The notes below the pieces were generated by a model, which saw only the letters and a list, made by a program, of their open reading frames with translations, made no database searches and was not told the origin of the DNA. A DNA stretch of 64,000 nucleotides from Podarcis gaigeae. Taxonomy: Eukaryota. A program made the position numbers and the translations under genes. Each line of letters starts with the position of its first letter. The stretch's first letter is position 1. Below are positions 53,605 through 64,000 of the stretch, piece after piece. The stretch lies in assembly GCA_964106915.2 (NCBI GenBank), contig OZ066918.1, one strand, 5' to 3'.

Positions 53605-53781
53605 CTGGAAAAAGGGGTTAAAGGGGGGGGTACACACTTGTAACATATATTAGGATCAGGTTCTACATTGGAGTACCACATCCAAGGCTTGAGACTCTGG
53701 CTATACACTCTTTTTTGAGAAATCCCTCCTCCATCGCGTTTCATCTAGATTTCATTTAGCATGAACTAAATTTACTATGAA

Positions 53782-53931
53782 GGATATCACAGTTGGTAGA
53801 GCATGAGACTCTTAATCTCAGAATCATGGGTTTGAGTCGTATGCTGGACGAAAGATTGCTGCACTGCAGGGGGCTGGACTAGGTGATCCTAATTGTTCCC
53901 TTCCAACTCTACAATTCTGTGATTCTGTGAT
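53782..53931 (+). mobile_element. tRNA-Lys(CTT)-headed SINE with CR1-like tail
   Basis: cagttggtagagcatgagactCTTaatctcagaatcatgggtttgagtc aligns to tRNA-Lys-CTT, then gattgctgcactgcagggggctggactag...cccttccaactctacaattctgtgattctgtga. Confidence 0.87.
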
Positions 53932-55085
53932 CCCTGATTGGGTATCTTATGATGAGTGCTAATTCCATAATATGGATTTGTACCTGGGGCGGCTAGATTA
54001 GTATTGACCATAGCTTTCCTGATTCAAATATCATGTCAAACTATAGTCAAATCCTTCACATTTGTTTTCACATGTTGAGCTCCTCAACAGAACCATAGAG
54101 ATGAAGCAACAACCTTGCATCTGCAAAGCCTAGATCTTGTTTGGAATAATACACACAGCCAACTGTATATAGAGCGATCTGTTCATTGCTACAGTGGAAG
54201 CCAATACATCATTCTGAGGTTAAACATGTTTGCTACCATTGCAACATACCAAGCTATGCCAGATCAGTAAATATCACCAGCTGCCTCAGAAATCAAGACC
54301 AAAAAACAAACAAACCTTTAAACACACAATAACTGCTAAGTTAGCTACAATACTTCAATACCAGTTGGAATATACTTTTTGTATGTAAAAAATAGATATT
54401 GCTGACTATATCATGGTACGAGTTTTCCCGCTGCCCCATTAAGGCCTATGAATAAGCAACTGTAGTAGTAGTATTTTGCAAAAAGTCTGGGATATTGATT
54501 CTCCCAGCTTTAATCTGTTTAAACCCAGATTTATGTATTTGCAGTTCTTCACTTTTCAGCTGCTATTAATACTCTCAGAATACTTACAAAACCTCCTAGT
54601 AACTGGTATATTAGGCTTAGGTATAAGATGGACACCAACACTAAACACTAAACCAGAAAAGTATTTCAACTAAGATTGTTGGTTTATTAAAAAAAATACT
54701 ATGTACATAAGGAAATCAGAATTCAAGAATATGCATTCCATGAATGAAAGCACTCCATCCAATTAAGTTGACAAGAACATGAAAATATGCAGAATTTACT
54801 CAGGGTACTGGAAAGCTTTTCACAGCTGAAAAGGCTCAGTATCATATTAGATATACATAGCAATAAAAAAAAACCTGACATTTGAAAAATATTATTAAAG
54901 TGACATGAAATATTACCATAATGGATGATGGAAAAGATCTAGTTTTGCCTTCACCCATGCCAAACCTGCATCTGCTTTTAAGTACCCCATAGTTACCACA
55001 ATCTCATTTCAAAGAAAACTCCATTGTTCATTTCAGTTATTAGCTCCTTAAATGAATGCCCTGAATATTGATTCTGTTACCATAC

Positions 55086-55228
55086 CTGAAGAAAAGTCAC
55101 CACCCCAAAGGGTGTTTGAACTGGCTGCATTTGTGGATCTTCAGTCAGCAGCATATGTTGGATCCTCGACTCACTGTTGTCTAACGGACTATGCCACGAT
55201 ACATGATCACCACTACAAAATGTATTTT
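55086..55228 (-). CDS. SUFU: SUFU coding exon 4 (143 nt)
   Basis: (E)NTFCSGDHVSWHSPLDNSESRIQHMLLTEDPQMQPVQTPFGVVTFLQ; acceptor ccccaccAG, donor GTatgg. Not in the ORF track; read manually. Confidence 0.97.
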
Positions 55229-58200
55229 CTGGTGGGGAAAGAGAAATATGAGCAATGAATACATATTTCTAGCTGCTTAAAAAAAAAGACGACTGCACAA
55301 AAAGCTTTAACAACACTGAGGAAACATCCTCACAAAACAAGATATATAATTTTTCCTATTACTGTTACCCATCATCTGTGTTGATATAGTACAAAAAAAC
55401 AAAAAAAGGAGAGAAACTGCTTGATAAAGCTATGCTGATATTTGGTGCATCAACTTGTTAATACCAACATTATAGAAAGGCAAATAGCTCTTGCATATGT
55501 ACAGGGAATCTGTATGTTGGGGTTCATGTAAGATGAGTGGTTAATGTACATAACAACCTGCAATTGTGCACATGCACCAAACCAGACCCCACTGCCATCA
55601 CATGGTTGCATTAGGCCTGATTCTGGCTCCAGACTGCCATGGAGATTTGCCTCCCCCATCTCACCTAATGACCCACATGAGCCACAGGGACTGACTGTGG
55701 CCCCAGTTCTATATTAAGCAGTATGTAGTATATTCTTCTAATTTAACATACAAATTGCAGCTCCATTCAACCAGCTGAATAAAGCATTTTAGTTATTTCA
55801 AGTCAACTGTAGTCTGGACTACATATGGATAATGTACACTGGCCTCACAAACATAATGTAGTGCTAGGTAACAGGAGGTTTGAAAGCATGGAGAAGAACA
55901 GCAAACTACAACACAGCTTTTTTGTTGGCCCTGTCTTCTAGATGCATCGGCTCCTGGAATTTGGCTGGAGAATGGGGTTCCAGGTGAACCAAGCTGTTTA
56001 AATGCTGGTTTAACACACATTTCATAAATGATCAGCTTCCCCACTCAATTTGATTTTTTATATTTAAACTGCTCAACATTAGCAGTGAAGTCAATACCAG
56101 CTGCAGCAAATCCACTGAAATGCAATCATGAAAACCAGCCTTACAGCCTGTTTGAAGTTACTTTCCCATTTGGGAAATAGAAGAGGTGACAAGTACATGA
56201 TCTGCACTATTTTCCTCCTGATATGGAGAGATACCATATGATAATGAAGTCTGAAAGATTATTTAAGTAAGGAACTGATCATTTTCTTTCTTCTTACCAG
56301 TTCGTAAATGGTCACAGTGAGAGTTGGCATAGCAGATCGAGCTTTCTAAATCAGACAACACTTCAGGAATGAAGGTAAGGTGGAGCTCATCCCATTAACA
56401 CATTATAGCTTGCTTGGTTCAGACATCTGGTATTCCTAATCTTATACTCCTCATACACACAAAATGTGCATGGTGCACTTCAGTTGCTCCCACACAATGG
56501 CATGATGTAATATGCATCAAGACTAGCATTCCTCTATTATCATATAAACTGATCTGCGGGAAGTGTTTGTTTATGGATGATCCTTCTTCTCAACAGGCCT
56601 AAAATTGTAACATTCACACCTTGAATTAACAGCCATGCACTTCTGCAATGATACCAATCTTCTTTTCATTCTAGCACCTTTTATCAGTAGATTAAAAGGA
56701 GACCCACCATACCAAGATGCTCTTTAGAAAATTCTCATGATCATGACAAATGAATGAGCTTTGAATAGAAACATTCCCAGTCTAGAATGCCTACGTATAT
56801 TTCATGGAGAGCTCCCTTGACGTGAAATTCTTCCTCTTGCTTGAAATGTAAACTAAGATTATTTCAAGTTTATATATTGACTATGAACCGGTGACATCTA
56901 GATTCATCATACTAACTAGGCTCTAGGCTCACATAGTCTATGAGATATCAGTTGGCCAGGAAAGCTCATTAGCTCACCAACCTTCCCTGCACTACAAATT
57001 CCCAAGGCAGTGCAAGAATGCACATAAATCCCAGAAAGGAGGTTTACAAATGCAAAACAAGACAGCAAGAACTCTTTAAAAAAGCAGAGGGTTTTTTTAA
57101 AATGTGTTCTGCAACTGATGCTTGTTGTTGCATTTCTGAAGTTCACACATCACTATATTCAGTACAAATGAACACATCTTGGATGGATCTATCATTTCAG
57201 CAAGCATTAATGAATTGGTGACCAGAAAAGTTTCAGACAAATTCTGTTCAGTTGACAGGTTAAAAGACTGAATCTACTTAGCCTCTGATCATCCACCAGA
57301 TGTCCTCACTGTTAATTTAGGCATAAATTTAGTTCTACATTTTTTTAAAAAGCTGAATTTGACTTTTTCCTTTAAAAAAAAAAAAGCAAGCTGCCCAGGA
57401 TTCCCAACCTTGACTACAGAAGTCTGAATTGAGGTTTAAAATGTATTCGGAATTTAAGAAACCTTAAACCAAAATTGTGACAGTTTGCTCAATATCAACA
57501 TTATCCTGATGGTGGAAATACAACTGTAGAGTATGGGGAGCACCCAGATTCTGAGCACAGAGAAGATTTTACAACATTACAGCTTAGATAAACAAAAGAG
57601 CCACACATAAGCAAAAAGTAACGCCGCACTAAAACCCACAAAGGCAGGGACATTTATTTGTACTGCACTGTAGCCCATAAGAGTAAGGAGAAAATAATGA
57701 GCAAAATAGTTAAGTAGATTTTCAAGTCTACTTAAGATGTACATAGGATTGGATCAGAAAATGCCTTCACCCCAATGGAAACCCTTTGCAGTTTCCCAGA
57801 ACAGCCTCATTGTATCATCACCAAGCTACAACAATTTGGCCAAAGGGTTGGGTGTGGGGAACATATGTGCTGACATGAGTATAAAGGAAATGCCTCTCCA
57901 TTAACTGGCAGATAAGGAAAAGTATCAGATAAGAATTGCTTAACACTAAATATGATAAACTGTTCAGTTACACCAGTTGCATAGTGTGAAAAAAAGAACT
58001 TACTAGTTGTTTAAAAGTCAGTGTAAAATGGACTCCATATGCATTTAAAGACTTTAGTGGAAGAAGAACTAGAAGTGGTTGTTCTACACCATTAAATAAA
58101 CTTAACAGTCCAACTTAAATTTCAATTCCTAATACTTCCCAGGTCAGATGGATCATCCTAGATTCTGCTGATTAACTAAATGTTTTAATGATGAAGGCCT

Positions 58201-59214
58201 CACAGTCACAGTTCTCCAAAATGAACAAAGCTACAAAGGCATTCATTCCTGAAGCCTGTCTTTCTGTCACAATATTCTGCATGTCAAATGCTCACTCAAT
58301 TCTATGCTGATGGATCCCCGCATTTTTTTGCTGCCCAGACTCCTTTTCCTGGGAAATCCTAGCCATTTGGAGCTGGTTTTCAAATGCTAATGTCTCTGCT
58401 GGAGACCCACCTGTTTGTGTCTATTCGGGTGTAGACTACTTTAAAAATGTCTCTCTTCCCCACACAAACCACAAAATTCACAGTGACTGCTCAATTAAAC
58501 TACAGAAAACCACCCATGTGAAAAATGATATGAAGGCCAATTCAAATCCCCTAGAGCCAGTAAACCCGACATTAAAGCTTGAAAGCCAGGCCCTAACTCA
58601 CCATACAGTGTCATGCAAGATCAGTCTTTCTATGGCAGTCCCAACAATACTAAGATGAAGTTACAATTTAGAGTTTAATTGCAACTTGAGTTTAGTGACA
58701 AAACACAAGTTCTAAGGCAAGATTTTAATCAAACAGCAGTTTAATAATTCGTCTTCTCTTCTGTGAATTCAACAGTTCTAACTAAAGGGTCTTGTGACCC
58801 TAAAACTGAAGACAACTTAACAAAATTCTTGACACAGGAACAATGATGTGGAAAGAGTAGCACAAACAAGGGTGTAGGGCACAACAGGGCTTCGGTCTGT
58901 ACTGTGCTTACCAGATTCTGCTTCAGCCAATTAACATTTTGTTGGGAAGCAGAGGCGGGGCAGGAGGAGCAGCCTACATAGCTGCCAGAGAGAGTTTCTG
59001 CGTTATACACCAGGTTTAATCATTCATGCCTGCTAACTTTTGAAGATGAAAAAGAAAGATTTAGCTCTTTCCCTGGTCCACAGCTGCTGCTGTCCTCATC
59101 ACAGCAACTACTACTACTAAGAGAAAATGTCCAAGGTAAAGCCTCCAATTATTGCAGCAACACATGTCAACCACTCATAACATTGCTAGATATACTAGAA
59201 GCAAAACGTATGTC

Positions 59215-59315
59215 AAACTGAGACTGGGGAAACCCAAGTACAAATCTCCATTCAGCCATGAAGCTCCCTCCCTGGGTGATCTTGATAACAATCTCTCAGC
59301 CTAACCTACCATACA
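59215..59315 (+). mobile_element. Decayed tRNA/CORE-like SINE fragment
   Basis: ggggaaacccaagtacaaatctccattcagccatgaagctc...ctgggtgatcttg...tctctcagcctaacctacc; related to 2105-2190. Confidence 0.5.
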
Positions 59316-62300
59316 AATCAGAGACTGCCCAGCTGTTAACATGCAACCCAACCCTTGTGGTTAACAGCAAGACAACCTCTGGTTTGTTTCCTGCCCACTG
59401 TGCTTGAGAATAGAGTAGTCTTTTATGCAGCATGCCCTAGCACACTGCTCATTCATAAACTATGGTTTCAATGTGTCATGTGAATCATGACACTGACTGG
59501 CACCATGTTACAATCATTTTGGTTCCAGGTTAAAAGTTAATTGTTTTTGCAGTCATTTTTAAATTTTAGAATTGGCTTTATAGTCTGCTTGTCTTGTTTT
59601 TACTTTCCTACATGTCAATAATGCTTTGAATGATAACTTTGCTATTTTCAGTGTATTTTATTTTTATGTTCTGTTTTGTAAGGCCTTTGTACACTGCCCT
59701 CTTATCTTTACAGATGGACAGTTTAAAATATTTTTAGTAAACAGGTAAACAAAATTTCATTACCTACAACAAGAAGAGCAAAAGGAGAAGGGCAAAAGTC
59801 TGATGCTCACACTTGCTCATTCTCAGACTCCAAGCCATTTGGTTATTACACTTCTGGACATTATTTTTTGAAAGAATGTCAAATCCTGCCAACAGATGGC
59901 ATCAAACAAAAAACATCTTCTAGAATTAACAGAAGCATGAAACTGTTTTAGTTGAAAGTGTGAATTTCAACACTTAAAGTAGTTAAGCAATGAGGGTAAG
60001 TATAGTTTTGAAAAGATTATGCACATGCCTATTTGCCTGTGGCTACCCACGTTTTGGGCTTCTTCCACTCAAAGCTTTATATTATCACCCATGGGCTAAA
60101 ATGGGGAGCATCTTCCATGCACATACAATAATCCTGACAAGCAAAGCTTTACAGAGTAGAAGTCCCCTATCTAACACAATAGCTACACTTTGTAAATCTG
60201 AAAGCAGACACATTTCTCCATGGGGAAAAGGGCCTTTAAAAATGCCAGCTATGATTGGGTTCTTTCCCACACATTTAATTCCTACCCAATATATCTTTCT
60301 GGTGGTTACAGCCTTATATTTTCCCTTAGTAATGAATAAATAAGTAGCTCCCTAAAACTTGAGAACTGTCCAAAATCAGCACAAGACCTTTCTATTTAGA
60401 TGGTATGAACTGCCAGGGTTTTTATTTTTAAAGAAATAAATACATAGAAACTCGCGCAGTTGTTTTTCACTAAGTATACATAGACATAATTATAATAAAT
60501 TCATATGAAGATTTAAAAAATATTAATAGCACAAATTATATTATTCATAAAAAGAACAAGCAACTGAAGAAATACTAATGTTTTGTGACTTTCTTTCTCT
60601 GCTTTTCTTACAGAGGAAGTTGGGGGTAGCCTAGAGTTATTGTCTGCAACCCATGCATCTTTGAAGAAATTACTGTAAATACAATTAGATGTTCCAAACA
60701 CAGAGATATTGCGGCACGGTCCTATGAAGTTCATGTGTAGACTTCTGTGTTTAGAGTTTGAACGTGAAATAAAAGTTTTGCAAAATCTCGAAGAAGCTGT
60801 CTTTATTTTGTCTTTGTTGAATGACTGGAAAGTGGGACAGCTTTAATACAGCTGACCCTCTTAATTGTCTAGGCCTAGCCTACTATCACAATGATCTTGG
60901 CTCAAATCCATCTGAATTGGGGTGCAAAACGAACCTATAAATTTGTTTAATACATAATTAAATGGAAAATCCTCACACTCAATGACTTGCATGCAAACTG
61001 GCTATATTTTTTAAAATGTTTGGAAACTAAAAATAAACATTTTTTCTACAAAGCAAGCCAAATCTAAAGCAGCCTTTGAAGCTAACTTCCCCTGCTTCAG
61101 TCAGATGCTCAGCATACACACCATTGACACACTGCAATGTTCTGTAGCAGAGCTCCACATAGTGATTTTAGTTCTCCAAGGGTCATTCTTTATGCAACTA
61201 AAATAGCATCCATGCACCAGCTTGCCTGTGAGAAATGACACATTTACAGAAGTACAGTTTTGTTTTTTGTTTAGTTTTTCCTGGTGAAGGAAATCTCCCC
61301 ATTCCCCCAATCTTAATGGTGCAATGAGGATTGGGCATGCTTATAAACTGAAGGGATAAAAATTGTGATTTTTAAAAAATGGATAAATACAGATTATCAG
61401 TAGTTGCTTTGTACTTTGCATTCTTGAAATAAAAGAGGAGACAGCTATTTTTCAATCTGCTGGCAGAACTTTAAAAGATGCTTAAGCTTTGTAGTTTCAT
61501 GAAGTCCAGGCCTTCTATAATCCTTTTAAATATAGTCCTGATTATTCACTTAAAAAAAAAATAAAATTGGCCACTCAAGCCCAGCATTCTTGGGGAGCAG
61601 AAGGAAGAGGAGAGTAACAGTGAAGTATTCATGGCTAGATGTTGCCAACATTCTAACAGCAATCAACAGCAGAGGCTCAGCAGGGGCTCTTCTATACACA
61701 GAAGGCCCTATCATCTTACTTTCTCCAAAACAGCTTTCTCCCTAGATCATGAAAATCAAAAAGGTTTTTGGCTATCAGGTGTGTTTTTTTAAAAAAAGAT
61801 ACATTATTATAGCAATGTGCAATATCGGTTCATTATAACCATTTTTTAAAAAGACAAAGAGAGACACAGGCAGAATAAAAAGGCTGGAATAGACCCGCAG
61901 CTTCTGCTCGTGTTCCTTTCTGGAAGCAATGTTGGGGTGACTGGCTCCAGCAGGAGTAGTATGGGAAGAGGAGGGTGTGACAGACACCCTTCACTTAAGC
62001 TCAGTAATGTGACCACTACTGTAGGTGTGTTTTAGATAAATCTCTGCCTGTATTTCCTCAGCAGTTTTTTAATTAGCTGTTCATGATATTGTTTATATTT
62101 ACCAGCAGCAATATATTATAATTAGGTGAAGGAGAGCCCGCAAACACTTAACCCTCATTCAGAGCATCTAAATAAGGATAAGGCACTTTTAGAAGAAAAT
62201 TTGAACTTTGTTTACACTCCAAGATGTTATACTGTAGATTAATGGTTACTTTTGACAGGTTCAAAACTGGTTCAAACAGAGCTTTTAAGTTTGTTTTTTT

Positions 62301-63834
62301 TAAAATGATTTAAACCTGTCACTAGACATAAATTCTTTCTAGGATGACTATTGCCTTACACTACCCCATAAAACACTTCCAGCCCTTCTAGAGTCTTGAC
62401 CTTCCCTCCAGGCAGATAGAACCTTGTCTGTCCGCATACAATCTCTATCTCTAACTGACAGTCAATTCTTTATCTGTCCTCACTGACATCAACCCTTTCT
62501 AATTCCACTCAGATAGTCAGAGACCCCTTCCGCCCACCCAGACAGAAAGTCCATATCGCCAATCCCAGGTCCCTATCAAACCCACAGACAATCTCTGCCT
62601 GCATTCTCTCAGACAGTCCCTATCTGGATCTTAAATTCCATTCTCCCTCTCCCCCATTGGCTGATTGACTTGCCAGCTCCCACTGGCTGCCCTCAGCTAG
62701 ATCTGCCCTGCCTCTGATCAGCTCAACATGAGTCTTTTTCTCTGCATGAAAAAATGTCCTGTTTTGGCTTCTTGGCCGATCTTTCATGGTTGCTTTGTTA
62801 GCTTTCTGCCTCTTTATCTTTTCTTTGCAATTTTCTTTTACCTATTATTCCATTTCTTCATTTGTTGAAATAAACAGAGAAAAATTCCTGGCTACACGCT
62901 CCAAAGAAATGTGCTACACACACCTATTCATATAATATGAGTAGGTCTAATGAGTAGGCCCTTTTGGAAATGGATTAAAAGAAATAACAAGCATACTGAG
63001 TTATGATCTCCTAAGAGATGCTGAGATAATAATATTTGCATACCTTAAGGCCTGAGAAATGACAGTTCATTTATGGACAGCAGCAAAAATGATTTGCCCA
63101 AAATGGATAAGCTCTACAGACACTGTGATACTGATTATCTGGGATATGGCATATAGGGTGAAATTAAACAACTTCATGAGACAGATAGACTGATTAGCTT
63201 ATTTCAACAAAAGAAAAGCTCAATTTTTCAAAAAAGCACAAGATCAAATTAACCCAGTTTTTATTCCAGTAATTTTACGTGTAGCAAAAATACATTTCAT
63301 ATTTGTACCATAATATTTGCTTGTAATTTTTAGGATTTTAATCAGCCTGTAATAATATTCTTTTTATGACATTTGTATATATTAAAACAACCACAGTTAT
63401 TTAAAGATTTAAGCTGATCTGTAAATTTATATCTGATATTCTAAAGTTCTCTATGGACCAATCCATATAAAAAGGATGAAATGAAGAGAGATCAAAGCCT
63501 AGATTATGAAGGTAATTGGACATAGACTACTGAAGTCTGCATCAAGGGAATTAAGAATAATCATACTTGGATGCCGCATTTGTTATCCACAAATCATGAA
63601 ACAATCTCAAAAGGCTCAAATATATAAATGGCAGTATCTCACTCTATTCATTTTACTTCCAGCAAAATAAATATTTGAATTTGTTTGATCTGTCATGCAA
63701 AAATTCACAACCATATTAGTTGTAAGTAAACAGAATAAAAGCTGAGTGCCTCATAAAAGGCATACTACAAAAACAAAAGAACAAACTCAAATACCACCAA
63801 CCTTTTGACATAAAACAAGCCACATAAATAGTAC

Positions 63835-63971
63835 CTGATTGGAAGACGTATCTGGCTAAGCCTTGCATCAACTCTGCTGGCCATGTCGGTGGTGCAGATT
63901 CCCCGGTTTCACGCTTAAGTCGAAATGTCAGTTCAAATCCAAAACCACTTGGTCCGTCTGATCCAGTAAAC
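63835..63971 (-). CDS. SUFU: SUFU coding exon 3 (137 nt)
   Basis: FTGSDGPSGFGFELTFRLKRETGESAPPTWPAELMQGLARYVFQS; acceptor ttcatccAG, donor GTacta. Confidence 0.97.
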
Positions 63972-64000
63972 CTGGATGAAGTTAATGACAAAAGGTTTCA

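Larger units (their letters stand above)
14982..63971 (-). other. SUFU: SUFU gene body, partial (coding exons 3-12; exons 1-2 outside the window)
   Basis: Ten exons with GT-AG sites splice into one open frame of 1138 nt, which is recognisably the vertebrate SUFU protein from FTG(S/T)DGPSGFGFEL to DNPLH*. Exon numbering follows the mammalian gene, whose exon lengths I recall as identical. Confidence 0.98.

Noticed and set aside
53782-53850. Functional tRNA-Lys gene
   Set aside because: The 5' end and B box are degenerate, and it is fused to a CR1-like tail.
1-64000. Prokaryotic-type systems (CRISPR arrays, operons, defence islands)
   Set aside because: The sequence is intron-rich vertebrate DNA with no repeat-spacer arrays or dense ORFs.

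Overview
This is eukaryotic (vertebrate) genomic DNA, almost certainly from a squamate and probably a lacertid lizard. That call is inferred from the Sauria SINE, Squam3-like SINE and RTE-BovB repeat content. The window holds the 3' part of SUFU (Suppressor of fused, Hedgehog/GLI pathway) on the minus strand. Ten coding exons, equivalent to exons 3-12, run from 63971 down to the TAA stop at 14982. All have GT-AG boundaries and lengths of 137/143/86/73/154/112/135/139/69/90 nt that splice in one frame. Exons 1-2 lie beyond the right edge. A repeat-poor stretch of about 6.6 kb follows the stop codon and looks like a long 3' UTR with several candidate polyA signals. Introns and the left flank carry many mobile elements: a young 5'-truncated RTE-BovB with a TSD, a Sauria SINE, a young and an old Penelope-like element, tRNA-Ile- and tRNA-Lys-headed SINEs with a shared CR1-like tail, Tc1/mariner and hAT MITEs, and L1/L2 remnants. 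Most ORFs in the supplied track are spurious. I found no new protein-coding system. The most interesting signals are RNA-structural: a minimal hammerhead ribozyme enclosed by a perfect 37-bp inverted repeat in SUFU intron 5 (sense to the pre-mRNA), and two head-swapped SINEs in inverted orientation that closely flank exons 5-9.
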